From positions 3,286,001 to 3,350,000 of the forward strand of contig NC_042997.1 in the NCBI RefSeq assembly GCF_006345805.1: DNA of 64,000 nucleotides. Reading direction: 5' to 3'. Shown here in pieces: positions 1 through 13,748 of this stretch. A model generated the notes under the pieces. It saw nothing but the letters and a program-made list of their open reading frames with translations. It was not told where the DNA came from and searched no databases. The DNA comes from Octopus sinensis (taxonomy: Eukaryota). The translations under genes were made by a program, and so were the position numbers. How positions within the stretch are numbered: the first letter of the stretch is position 1; every line of letters begins with the position of its first letter.

Positions 1-149
1 TATCTATTCTCTTTTCTATGATTTTTTAAAATTCCGTTTTAGACTTTGATATGCATTCGAATATGAGTAGGTGTGAAAGAGTACCTACTTTGCCTTGCAA
101 ATAGAACGGCTGCTGCCGATATTATTTTACGTGTTATTAGAATTCTCGT

Positions 150-660
150 CTCTTTTTAAGAAATCTCTGATAACCATGAATACGACTTGATTTTTCTTGT
201 TGATCCTACTTCATGGTAGAATTCCATACTTGCTACTTCCTTTCACATTTCCACATAGGTTCTATTTTTATTGTTTTTAAATTTTCAATTATTTCTGCCT
301 TTAGATTTGCGCATTTAAAATTTCCTATCATAGAATCTTTCTCATTTTGCTTTTCTAAAACTTGTTTGTGCTGTATTATTTCTGATTCAATGATTCTCTA
401 TTTTGTAGGCGTTCAAGAGTTAGGTTGAGTGAAAGCTAATATTTAAATTGTTTGTATGCGTGGTTTACGTTCACAAAACACTCTATGTTTTTCTGTGGTT
501 TATCATTTCTCTTTTCTTTCACTTGCATTCTTTAGATTTCATAATAGATATACATGATGTATTCTTCTCAATTAGCTCATTTTCGTTTTTTTTTTTTTTT
601 AATGCAATATTTATTTCTGAGAAACTTTCTCCCCGAATTCATACAAGAATGCAGCTTTAA
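150..660 (-). mobile_element. Possible highly decayed Penelope-like 3' fragment
   Basis: Interrupted translations (GRKFLR, TSFRK) weakly resemble the GIY-YIG region of Penelope-like ORFs. Confidence 0.25.
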
Positions 661-1520
661 TATTTTCTATGTGTGCATCAGTTGAATGGAGGTGGGGTAG
701 ACTGGAGCGTGAAATAAGCATTCAAAAGTCGATGCTTTAGAGTTATTTCATTTACAGTGTTTGTTCTTTAAACTGCTGCCCTTCATTGAAGCCGACTACA
801 ACTTTTCTTTCTGTCAGTATAGTAATTTGCATAATGAACAGAATACACATTATTCCATTTTTAAACTGGAGCTGAATGGCATCACTTTATTTGTATTATT
901 TATTAGACATTGACTAAATTGGTCTCACTTTCATATGAATTGTTCTCTATTCCCTTAAATTGTTTATATTTAGTGTAAAAAGCTGGTCATTCCCGATGCT
1001 ATTTAATGAATTAAACATGTTTGATATACATACGTATGAACTTTTCCGCAGGTATATCCTAATATCGGCATAGTTTCAATTCTACGTATAAAAGCCCGTA
1101 GCCCTATCGTAATAATGGATATGTTTCTCCTCTGGCTATGACTGGGAGAATAGAGAGACAGTGTGCAATCTTTTACTTTTAGCCTTTCGAGGTTTTTCTT
1201 TGTATCTAATACTTTCTGTTTGATTGCATGTGCTTGGTGGATTTTAAAGGGGCTTCTTTGTATAATAAAATTTAAACAAATAGACTAAATCTGAGAATAT
1301 TTAATGTGATTTTCAGCCAACGCGAGAATGTCTATTTTCCTTTGATTTTCATATTTCCGTTCTGTTTAGGTTTCCCAGGTATTGGTCATAACGTGTCTCC
1401 GTTTGGTTTTATTTCAGTATAACATTTTATAAAACATGTTTTACTTATCTCTTTGTTTCTCTACTCCTCCTCACCTTTCTCATGTTGTCAAAATTCCTGA
1501 AGTGCTTTGTCCATATTTGA

Positions 1521-1561
<41 letters not shown>

Positions 1562-1603
1562 ATATCTATCTATCTATCTATATATATATATATATATACA
1601 AAA

Positions 1604-2330
1604 CAAATATAAGAGAGGGTCCACTATGTGGACGCTCTTGCGCTAAAAATAGATCCGCAATGGTCTCAACCAACAAGAATTGTTCCCAAGGACAATTAGC
1701 ACAACTATGAACGTAAACGAGCAGGACAAATGAAAAATAACAAAAATGCAGATTAATTCTAGACAATTGTTTCACTGTTAATGGATTATGCAATGTTACT
1801 TACATAATAGATCCACAGCTCATCAGTAGAATTCGTCATGAATATAATTTATTGAACCACACGCCAAATTTTAACATAAAGCCAAACACACGTGTGGTTC
1901 AGTCTATTATATTCGCAGTTATGATTCGAATGCCCTCGTTATAGCGCGCCAAAATTCCCGAAACAAATACTGCATCAATAATTTACTGCAGTATAATTAA
2001 AATCAAAATAAGGGTGAACAAATTGGATATTAATTTAATAACATCAATTTAACACCAAGTGGTTTAGCGCATAAAAACTGGGATACAGTAAAAGTTAATA
2101 CACAAATATAAGAGAGGGTCCAATGACCACTCAATAGACATACAACATGCTAGATGTAGACTCCGTATGGTCTGACCACTAAGAAAAGATTGTTCTCAAG
2201 AAAATTCAGCAAATGCAAGAACGTAAGCGAGCAAGACAAATGAAAAGATGCTAAATATAAAGATTAGTCGCATACACGGTTTCATCGGGCAAGGGAAGCC
2301 AAATGATACAATACCAAGTCTGCCAATAAA
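1604..2330. repeat. Diverged direct repeat pair (~200 bp arms, 499-bp offset), pLTR/retrozyme-like
   Basis: caaatataagagagggtcca occurs at 1604 and 2103, followed by alignable sequence (gaacgtaa-cgagca-gacaaatgaaaa ... agatta ... gtttca). Arm 1 runs into the intact hammerhead; arm 2 has a degenerate GAAACCGUGUA. Confidence 0.7.
1755..1833 (-). ncRNA. Type I hammerhead ribozyme, canonical core
   Basis: Minus strand reads AAUUCUA CUGAUGA GCUGU ggaucu AUUAUGUAA guaaca UUGCAUAAU ccauua ACAGU GAAA CAAUUG UC^UAGAAUU. It has a perfect 7-bp stem I, intact CUGAUGA and GAAA, an extended stem II, palindromic ACAAUUGU stem III and a GUC triplet (cut between 1762 and 1761). Confidence 0.9.
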
Positions 2331-2379
2331 CCATATGAAAAGTCAAAATTCTTTAGGGTGTCGCAAATGTGTCCAAACG

Positions 2380-3560
2380 CTAATGCAACAGTCTTTTGGA
2401 TAAAGAAAAACGATGATACAGTGAACGACATGGGATACGAAACTGGCTCCTCATTTTAATGATTTGTAAGGTAATATAGGTCGAAATTATTGTTACATAT
2501 ACATTAGGCGGTTCATAAATAGGCATATAAATTCTCATGATTCCAGTCGATAACGTGATGATTATGGAAATATGAACTGAAATATAAGCAGCTGGATACA
2601 TTTTATGGCTGATGTTTTGGGAAGAAACGCTCATCTAATTACAAATTTGGCAATAAGTGTCATTTACTATATCTCCCCCGACAAGCTATGCTATCTAAAA
2701 CGAATAAAATCAGCAATAGCAACGAGAGATACGGACTACTATTCTCATGGCTTGAAACGAATTATTTTCGCTGAGAAATTGCTGGCATAATCTTCGTGGA
2801 TTTCCATTTCTGAAGGATGATGCGGATTCAGATGAATGTGCAATCCACCAATAAATTTTATGAAATGTGTGTAAAAATGGATATTTGGAAATTGATCAAA
2901 TGGCTCCAAATCAGTTACATGGCTATAAGCACTCAAAAACCTAAAAGAAATCGTGGCATTTCGTGTTATTGGATATTGTGTTCGTTTTGTATTGAATAAC
3001 TAGATGATTAATTGCATACTTTGGAAATAATTTCTTTTCTTCTATATTTGGTCTGAATAGTAATCTCTATATATTCATTCCATTTAGTTACTTTGCAGGC
3101 ATTCTTTGTGTTATGCTAACTTCTTTATTCGAAAGGAATGGTAAGAAACATTGTATACGTGTAGTCTTTAAAACAGAGGAAGGGGTTAAATTGCAACCAA
3201 ATTAGTACGCGATACACTCTCACAAGTGCTTGTTTCGGAGTTTTGATATTTCAGTTAAGGTTAGATCTAGAGGAGATGCCTTTCTTTGTAAATTTAGTAA
3301 CTGCTTCGTATACTTGGTCTTTTTGCACTATATCTATTCTTGTGTTTGTTTTACTCTACAGGATATGGGTTGAGTGATTTTAATTTTAATTGTTGTAACA
3401 GACTTAATGCTGATAATTATCAAAGTGTGTTACAAAGTTATTTCATTGTTCATAATTCATGAATCATTTCCTACAAACATCTATGATGGCTTTCACTATC
3501 ACGCTTACAATATTCTGATCTTCAGTTCTTCTCGTAGTGCTCTTCTCAATAGTTCATATT
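2380..3560 (-). mobile_element. Decayed Penelope-like element 3' part
   Basis: Broken-frame motifs SCRVK, QVYEAV and KMRSQFRIPCRSLYHRFSLSK resemble the C-terminus of Penelope-like ORFs (NKRSELxSKCRHxNKFLL). It lies directly upstream of the hammerhead-bearing repeats. Confidence 0.35.
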
Positions 3561-3654
3561 GTTGATGTTGGCGTTCGATTTTCAATGACCTGGTTTCTGT
3601 TGCTACTGATGCTGTTGATGTTGTTATTATTGTTGTTGTTTTCTTCTTCTACCG

Positions 3655-3857
3655 TGTGTGTGTGTTTGCCCTCACCACAGCATGTCTTGACAACCGATGT
3701 TGGTGTGTTTACTTCACCATAATTTAGCAGTTCGGCGAAAACGCCTGATAGAATAAGCACTAGGCTTACAATCAATAAATCCTATTTTTTCGAATTTTTT
3801 CGACAAAAGGCACTACTCCAGCATAGCCACTGTCAAGTGACTGAAATAAGTAAAAGA
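3655..3857 (+). mobile_element. SINE, 3' half (same family as 29559-29964 and 60271-60683)
   Basis: cttgacaaccgatgttggtgtgtttac...gatagaataagcactaggcttaca...gactgaaataagtaaaaga aligns to the reverse complement of the two longer copies. Confidence 0.8.
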
Positions 3858-4163
3858 AAAAAAATAAAAGAACACTTTTGGAGGCCGAGGATATTTAGAC
3901 AATGAAATAAACCCATATATGAGCACACGTATGTATTCGATTTGCTGACGTAATGCATTTTCGTTTAATTTGGTTATATATTATCGCATGTTGTGAACTG
4001 TAGGATACTTTGGACATATTTCAATCGACATATTTCAATCGACCAATTAATGAATGTGTTGTACAACGCCAATGTACAAGTGTGCACGTTTGATTGTATG
4101 TACGTTCAAACACAGAATCGCACAAAAATAAGTGCTTATACATGCATTCGCACATACACACAT

Positions 4164-4169
<6 letters not shown>

Positions 4170-4221
<52 letters not shown>

Positions 4222-4282
4222 TAATATTTCTGATTGTGTGTGTACGTGTCTCTGTATTTTTACACATTAAATTATTTGTGAC

Positions 4283-4358
<76 letters not shown>

Positions 4359-5170
4359 CGTCAAGTATGACTTCGTATTCACTAGATCTTCCATAGACAG
4401 AGATATAGACACTCATACGCACACAACACACATATACAAAGAGGAACACATATATTTACCGATAATTGTATGTATATGCAGTTTGCGTCAGCACATATCT
4501 ATGATTGTATGAATGTGAAAAGGAATATTACAATATTTTGAGTCTATTGATGGAAACATCCGATCATACGCACATATATAAACATTGTTGCGTATGTAAG
4601 TATGATATGTAAGTAGACACGTTTCTTTTCTCTATGACTCCAGGTTTTTCTCTAAGTCATGTTTGTTTGCCACTCATATATGAATACATTGATTGGTTTC
4701 ATTGATTCTTTTATGTTTTAATTGTAGCATTTTTATATTTATAACTACCACGACTACTACCATAATTATTTTTCGAAATGCTACTCAAATCATCGTAGTC
4801 GTCGACATCATCATCATCTTCATCACCATCCCCATCTTTATCCTCCTCCTCCTCCTCCTCCTCCTCATCATCATCATCATCATAATCATCATCATCATCA
4901 TAGCCATTGTCAGAAGTAGCAGTAGAAAATGTTTCTTTTAGTAGTATTGATAATATTTCAATAAATATATTATTAGTATTTGTAACATAAATTGTATTAA
5001 TGATTATGTTATTGATATAATTATTGAAATCGTTTTCGTTTTACTTTATACATAACAGTTATTTACTTTCTGATTACTAATACCTAATGTTATCTGATAT
5101 TTTTCTGCTTATATTATTATTATTATCATCATCATCATTATTATTATTATTATTAGTATCATTATTATTA

Positions 5171-5214
<44 letters not shown>

Positions 5215-5818
5215 TATTATTGATATTATTATTACTATTATTATTATTATTGATATTATTATTGTTATATTACATGATTTATATTGTTATTAAATTTATA
5301 TGCATATTTTGCACTGAGTTACATAAGTAGTGACAGTTATGTCGATAGTATCTGAAAGAAGGAGGTATGTAAAAGGAAATATCAATGGCAGTATCTGCAG
5401 CAGCAACAGCAACAATAACAAGAACAGCCGCAGCAGAAGCAACAACAACAACGTCAACAAAAAAATCAAACAATAACAACAGCAGAAACGACATCCATTG
5501 GCAGTATCAACATCAACATCTGAAGTCATACTACAGCAATACTAAATATTCAATAAGTGTATTCTGGTGTGAAATAAATATTTTCTTTTTTACTTTCATA
5601 TATTTATTGTTAAAACTGTTGCAATATATGTGCATATATGTATACGGAAATATATGTGTGTGTGTGTGTATGTATGCAAGTGTATTGTTTTCCCACACAT
5701 CATCTATCTTCGCTTTCATCAATAAATTTTGAATAAGGATTTTCTTTGGTAGCTTTTATAGAATTTATGAGTAAACACATGTTAATCTCGCAATCTTTGA
5801 GTATTATTCAAAGACAAG

Positions 5819-5867
<49 letters not shown>

Positions 5868-5906
5868 AAGAGTGAGAGAGAGAGTATATATATGTACATA
5901 TATATA

Positions 5907-5946
<40 letters not shown>

Positions 5947-6024
5947 GTATATACATGTATATATATGTATATATATGTATATATATATATGTATATGTAT
6001 ATATATAACAATATAAATATGTAA

Positions 6025-6055
<31 letters not shown>

Positions 6056-6060
6056 ATGTA

Positions 6061-6149
<89 letters not shown>

Positions 6150-6431
6150 GGGAAGAGATTTAGAAACGTTGGGGTTGAAGAGGGAGGCAGATGCAAAACC
6201 ACATACACAGAAAAAGAGAAGACGGAGATGTGGTTACGAGAAATTGTATCTTATCAGAAGCATTCTAGTTTCCCATTGATTAAACCTGTTTCGATTTGCT
6301 ATTGGGGTTACTATTTTGTATATTTTTCACACATACATGCGCATACAGACATATTCGTGTAAATATATATATACATGCATGTATAAGTAAACATATATAT
6401 ACCTATATATATACATATATACATATATATA

Positions 6432-6473
<42 letters not shown>

Positions 6474-6479
6474 ATATAT

Positions 6480-6510
<31 letters not shown>

Positions 6511-6522
6511 ATACATATATAC

Positions 6523-6569
<47 letters not shown>

Positions 6570-6623
6570 ATATGTATACATACATACATATATATGCATA
6601 GATCTATACATACATATAAATGC

Positions 6624-6650
<27 letters not shown>
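4170..6650. repeat. Microsatellite cluster: (TA)n, (CAT/CCT)n, (ATT)n, (CAA/CAG)n, (GA)n
   Basis: Directly visible tracts at about 4170-4358, 4800-4900, 5110-5290, 5395-5480, 5825-6140 and 6360-6650. Confidence 0.95.
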
Positions 6651-6655
<5 letters not shown>

Positions 6656-7489
6656 CAAAGTTTCTCCCCTACAAGCAGTAGAATATGATTGTTTTCTACA
6701 ATCGTTATTTTTGTTTATTTTCCTTTCAAAATTCGAGCTACCCTCTGAGTTTAATATCAGTGTATATATTACTGTTGATATTTTTCACAATTTCATACTT
6801 GCCATTGTTTCGCATACCACGCATACCCACATACATCATGGACGCTCTCTCTTTCTCACACACACAAATACACACACGTATGTATGTGTATACATGTGTG
6901 TATATATGTGTGTGTTTGTGGGTATCTGACTGTCGGTATGTTTGTATTGAAATACCGTTGCAGTTGTCGAAGGAGAGAGCATAATGTGTCACAGAGAAAT
7001 TCTGTTGCAAACTAAAGGAAGAAAATAAGTATAAAACATTCGTACCGTAATGTCTCTCATGCTAAAACATGGATGTGGAAAATAAATACTTAAATAAATA
7101 AATAAATTACATACAGAGAAATTTAAAGTTTTAATGGATTAGTTATTGTTTTCGATAGTATATGTTAGAGAAAATTGTTCGTTGACTCACTAAATTAGTT
7201 TTTCATTCATTACAAAACACATACTAACTGTCTCAAATCACTCTTTTGAAATGTATATTTTGAATAGCATTTGCCAAATGAGCCTGGTACTATCACATCA
7301 CCAAATCTTGAAACTAGCGTTTGATAGGTTTTTGCAACACACCACAAAGAATTTCACATAAGATTTCAATGCAACCTGGAGAAATATACAAAAATATTTC
7401 GTAGACTTTTTCTGTATATATAGCATGCACGTCTGCTACAAGTAGCGTATATTAGTAATTCCATTTATGATTATTTCTATAAAAATATT

Positions 7490-7684
7490 TTTTTCTACTC
7501 TAGGCACAAGGCCCGAAATTTTGAGGGAGGTGGCCAGTCGATTAGATCGACCACAGTACGCAACTGGTAATTAATTTATCGGCCCTGAAAGGATGAAATG
7601 CAAAGTCGACCCCGGTGGAATTTGAACTCAGAACATAAAGACAGACGAAATACTGCTAAGCATTTCTCCCGGCGAACTAACGTT
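7490..7684 (-). mobile_element. tRNA-derived SINE, tail type 1, missing first ~15 nt
   Basis: Shares head/core (gagttcaaattcc ... gtcgactttgc ... tcatcctttc ... gataaatta) with 7685-7918 and 59657-59886, but has a different 3' tail (tttcgggccttgtgcctagagtagaaa). Confidence 0.85.
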
Positions 7685-7918
7685 TCTTATTTCTTTATTG
7701 CCCATAAGGCGCTAAACATTGAGGGGACAAACAAGGGCAGGCAAAGGGATTAAGTCGATTACATCGACCCCAGTGCGTTACTGATACTTAATTTATCGAC
7801 CCCGAAATGATGAAAGGCAATGTCGACGTCGGCGGAATTTGAACTCACAACATATCAGTAGACGAAATGCCGTTAAGCATTTCGTCCGGCGTGCTAACGT
7901 TTCTTCCAGCTCGCTGTC
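7685..7918 (-). mobile_element. tRNA-derived SINE, tail type 2
   Basis: Reverse complement aligns end to end with 59657-59886. A-box-like agctggaagaaacgttag and B-box gagttcaaattcc are present. tcttatttct occurs at both ends (7685, 7917). Confidence 0.9.
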
Positions 7919-10429
7919 TTATTTCTATCGAAATATTGTTGAAAATTTGGCCATAGGGGAAAATTTCAATTTCCTAATATGGAATGGTTTAATACCGAAA
8001 GTTTGGCTCTACCATAAAATTTCCCTCTTTTAGAGTGGATAAAATTTGGGGTTTTATTTGGAGTAATATTTTCATCATAACAATTAAGCCACTCTATTTA
8101 AAGCCTCATTACAAATACAATAGCATGACTATATGTCTTTCAATTTGGTAATATAAATCTCTATAATTTCGGATTAATTCCTTTCAAAATGGAATGGGCT
8201 GTTCGAATTTTTATGACTATGATATATAATTTAGTTATATATTACTGTAGATGTTTCTACAATTTTTGCAATTTTCTGAAATAAAATGAAGAATATTATA
8301 CAGAAATGTTGACTAAGGTATTGTAGTATTGTTAACTGCTATAGCTATCTTAATGTTAAATTTTTAAACATATTCCTGAACTATTTTAAAATCCATATAT
8401 CTAGTGTCCTATTCCAATTACAGCATAAAATTAGTCCAACGCATTTGCATATTCCCGAAGCTACAAAATGAAATTTTGCTTGTAGCCTGGTAAAAATAAG
8501 TAATCGCATTGGTCTGTAAAATTTAGCTCCATAAAAACAGCTTGCAGTGATAAAAAAATTCTCCGACCAATTACACGTTACTTAGGAAGAGTCATCGAAT
8601 AATAAAATATATTTTCTAGCATGCAAATGAGGTCTTTTCTTTTCTAAATCAGTGAAGTTAGCATAACTTTTGCCTTATTTGTTGTATAAACTAGAAAAAA
8701 AAAGAAAAAGATAAAGAAAAAAGCAATGTATTATCCAAAATGTTTCTAGAGAGGAAATATAGTAGAGTGCATAAAGCTGTCAGTATTTCAATCACGCTCA
8801 ACCTTGATAATTCTCCAAATATTTAGTAGGAAAAATTAGCCAGCATTGAGAGTCAGCTAAGTAATTAGATATATTGATTTTAAAGTAGTTCGTGGGTGTC
8901 TATCAGCTAAATATTAAGTTCTGCAGGTTGTCTTTCGCAATCGCTGTTACACTTAATGTGGCCTTTATAATCACGTTGTATTTTACATAAATGTTCCCGT
9001 TTTACTCTTCGTGCTTTAATGATAAACAACATGTGATCTCAGCTGATCACATTTATCTCATTATGTTCTGTTTTGCTTGCACGTGCCAGATTGTAAGCCA
9101 TTTGTACGAATATATACAGTACATTATTTGGAGTACGAGTATGGGTCTAGTCAACGAAATCATCAGGCACCTGCGTTATCATCAATGTGACTGACGTATT
9201 GATCCAATATATTATTTGCAATGTTTCATTTATGTACGACAAATATATGCATATGTGTGTGTGTTTGTATGCACACAATTTCAGAAACACTCAGACACCT
9301 CCACCGTGTATAAAAAAGCCTGATTTATCCAAAAATATAAGCCAGAATTGAATATAAACTCATATTGAAAATTACAGATTTATCTCCCTTCTACTGAAAA
9401 ATACCTTGAATACCAATTACCATCCCCTAACAAACAAAACGTCTCATTTCGAATTGCATGCAACACCCAAAATTTGAAATGCTTCAGCTAAATCGGTCAT
9501 TTTATGAGAGGAAAAAAAAAACTTGTTTTGTATAATATTGTATAATACTTTTGCCATTATGGTGTAGGTGCATTATTTCTTCTAGTAAAACAAATCTTTG
9601 TTTTTTCAAATTATTTCTTTCCTTGTATATTCAACCACGTGTAATCACCAACCATACTTACTCACTCACACACACATACGCTAAGATGGAAGAGTGAAAA
9701 TGATAGCTCAACACCATATTGGTTGACGTATTTTCTTTATTTGTAGGTTAACAAGTCTACCAATTTTCTTATGCAAGCAGGGGTCTCCTTGCAATTTTCA
9801 AGTCTGTCACATGGGGACGTCGGTACTGGTATCTATTTTGGTTGAGAATACACGACTTTGTATAAAACTAGGTCTTGCTGAATATATAAATATACAGATC
9901 ATGAGAGGTAACTAAGAAGGAGATACAAATCATTTTCCTTATACTAGTGATTTACACGAAACTGTGTTCACTATGGATTAAATGTTTCCCTATTGATCTT
10001 ATGTGAGAACACTCATGTGCATCCAAATTTATGAATAAAAGGAAACATACGTTTGTAAACTTGCAGGTCCATAGGAAAATATGTAATGACACACAGACAA
10101 TAGCATAAACTCACACAGAAACACACACAATACACACATTTACATATACATACATACACGGATGCATTTTGTAAGTGTTTTAGTAGTGTACATAAATGTA
10201 TGATTTAACTAATTTTGAAACCAAAGTTATTCCATGGTTTTGTAAATGCATGCGTTCATAGATATATATTTATACTTCTGTGTATCGTGTGATGTCATGT
10301 GATTTTAATATATCTGCGTAGTAAGGGAATCCAGTATATGTTCATGGGGGCATATATCCTTCACATAATATGTATAATCGATGTCTAGGCTAAAAAATGT
10401 AGATAAGATGTGACAAGTGTGAGTGGATG

Positions 10430-11250
10430 TGTCATGTTTGAAATTCGTTAATATGAATTCTTCCTTGTGCATGCAGAGGAGAATGTCTCCTTCCTTATAA
10501 TCAAAACTTTCACTGTTTATGCAATAATAATACGATATATTTTTCTTAGTAATGCAAAGCTTGCATTTGCTGTCCTGTCCCTTGTATTTGCTGATCTTTG
10601 GCATGATGCTCCAAGAAACAAGTGGGTCGTACTCTAACCATTCTTTGAATATCCATAATGATGCTAACTGTATTTTGCATTTATCTCTGAACGAAACCTG
10701 ATGCTACATATATCTCTCTTTGATGATGCTACCCGTAATTTCAACGCAAGTTTTTCTGTGTTCCGTTATAAATCATAATCTTCGCCTTGTACGCCAATTC
10801 TATTTCCAAGACACCAATTGTTCAAGGGACTACTGATAGGAGATCTACAATTACAAGAAATTGAAGCTGAAAATAATGCATCCTCTGTTGAGGAGGTGTC
10901 TGTGCTTCTATTTTAATTGAAGATCTTGTTATATCTATGTGAGTCGGGATGTGGTTTCAGGAATTTTCTAGGCAATTTCAAGCCTACATTGAAGATTTAT
11001 GGGGCATTATAGTATTAGAATGTCACCCCGTCTACGTTTTCTTGGTCTATCTATAAATATGAGTAATACAACTCTTACAAGAAGTAAGGAATAGCATTTC
11101 CACAATTATTCGAAGACTGAACTAGTAACAACTAATATCCTGCATTAAATATATTCTTCATTGTAAGGAATTTGAAGACGGCATACTAGGAATTGGTAGG
11201 AAAATCTTCACTCAATAATATATGCACAACATGCACAGCTATTGCAGAAA
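10430..11250 (-). mobile_element. Decayed Penelope-like element, GIY-YIG/C-terminal region
   Basis: Frameshifted motifs KRRRGDIL...RKFLK...NKIFN, CNCRSPISSPLNNWCL, HQVSFR, WSIMPKISKYKG..KCKLCITKK and CMHKEEFILTNFK occur in the order expected at the end of Penelope-like ORFs. Confidence 0.65.
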
Positions 11251-11681
11251 CGGCTGTCAGAGATTTTACGCATTACTTCTTATTTCCTTATGTACACTGA
11301 AAATTGTACACTTATGTTTGAATTATAAATTACATGCTCTAAAATGATGGCATTTACCTTGTGAAATAATTCTTAATATCTTGATATATAGAAACATGTG
11401 TGCTTTTGTGCGTGCGTATGCATTCGTGTATGCATATTTTGAGAGTAGATGTTAACGCTTCCCTATGCTATAGAAAACATGGAATTTAAAATAATTTTTG
11501 TTTTTGATATGCATTGATTGTGCAAATATCTTATAATGCGCCGCAGTACAACTTCGGCATCTAACAACATGCACTAACTTTATATTTATATACCCTTAGA
11601 TATAAGGGTGTGTGAATCGATATCTTGGGAGCATGTTTCTCCGTAAATTAGCTAATGTGTATACCATACATTCATATATAA

Positions 11682-11716
<35 letters not shown>

Positions 11717-12429
11717 GCTATCTCTATTTCACTCTCTCTCTCTCTTCATCTCTCTCTCTATGTCATATATATATATATATATATATATCTATATATATAT
11801 ATATATATACATACATATGTGTGTGCGCGCAAATATATGTATATTTTGGTGCATGTTCATATATACATATAATTACGTGATGCCTGTGTTATACATAGAA
11901 GTAAATATATGTGAATAATACGAAGACATACACACACATGTAAGCATGAAAGTATATTGTTACGCTAATTAGCAGCTGACTGTAAATACAATAGGAAACG
12001 CGAGAACCCAGCGCATCCTGCCATGATGATGACGAAATCATAAGTGAGAGCAGTTTCCCTTTTTAACTCTCAGCGTCTGCCTTTCCGCTTTTCGGTGTTG
12101 AAGGAAATATATCCACCATGAAATGAATGCATCCATTACTCAGGTTGGGAAAATTAATAACTGGATCGGTGTGTTTATACCTATCTTCCTTCAATGACAA
12201 ATTTTCTCCGTAACAAAATATATTCAATGGTTTCTTTACGAGTTCGAATAAGCCCGAAGCATAATTAACTGATAACATCACTGCTTACGAGATGCTGGTT
12301 TTATATTTTTTGGATCAAAATCTACTGTGCACGCTGCATGATTTTAATGGATTAAACTTATTTAGGAAAGCGAAGTTAAATCGTTGTTTACATTGCAAAT
12401 ACAGCCCCCTCCACACACACATGTATATA

Positions 12430-12475
<46 letters not shown>

Positions 12476-13122
12476 CGTATTTGTGTATGTGAGTGTGTGT
12501 TTCGAGTTGCGTGTGTGTAAACATACGTAAATATATGCTTATTTGATTGGATATAGAAGTTTCGCCTAAGTCCGCGTTTGAAAGAGTATGAAAATTTATT
12601 GTTTATCTCCTAAACACATAAGTTAGTGGAAGGTGAGAAAGGCGTAAGATTGAAAATGGATTAAGATATGTAGCTATGTTTGGAAGAAAGTATATTATAT
12701 TAAACATAAAGGAAATGAATTTGTAGATAATTTCGGTGAAAATTGGAATGTATATTGATGAGTGGTAAAAATATCTCTAGTGGATAGAGATAAGAATAAT
12801 ACTATTTGGAGATTGTTTGTAAGGTTTTCTTACGCTGATGTAACTTACTAAGTGCGTTAAAATTGTTTGGTTATCATAAATGTGATATGTAGGTGTGTAT
12901 TATTGGTGTTTAAATATATAATTAGGTATACACTATAGAAAATATTCTTATTTAGCGGCTACTATTAATGTTTCAATCCATGTATGGCTATCACAATGTA
13001 TAAAGCAAAACAATCGTTTAATTTTAAGCGGTAGAATACTGTATCAATTGACATATATAAAAAGAATAAAATACATGTACGTATGTATGTATGTATGTAT
13101 AAATAAATGTATATTATATATA

Positions 13123-13153
<31 letters not shown>

Positions 13154-13159
13154 ATATAA

Positions 13160-13190
<31 letters not shown>

Positions 13191-13667
13191 GTCAATCCAT
13201 ATATATATATATATATATAATATATATATATATATAGTCAATCCAGATCTTCCTCTGCGAAAAATTGCATATTCTCCAACAATCTGCAGTTTCCATCAAC
13301 GAGAAATACAGTGTAACTATTGCTGTCACCAGAGAAATGCCTTTCTCGCTAATTTCAAGCCTCTGACTGCCGACAACCCGGATATACCACCTTAGTACCA
13401 GCTGCTACTCTGCACCTACATCATTGTCACTAACTAACTTTATGAACAAACCACCAATTACTAATCCACAACGCTTACCAATTTCCAAGATTTACCAAGC
13501 CACAACGCTTGTTATGGCCATGTATAATCATGCATGCGCGCGCTGGTGTACATGTACATGCGAGTACTGATACGCATGCGTGCATGTCTATGCATGTGTG
13601 TGTAGAGTTGCGCATGTATATATATATATTATATATATATATATTATATATATATATATCTATATAT

Positions 13668-13747
<80 letters not shown>

Positions 13748-13748
<1 letters not shown>

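Noticed and set aside
12060-12150. Possible host exon after a polypyrimidine/AG acceptor
   Set aside because: All three plus frames stop quickly and there is no recognisable protein similarity.
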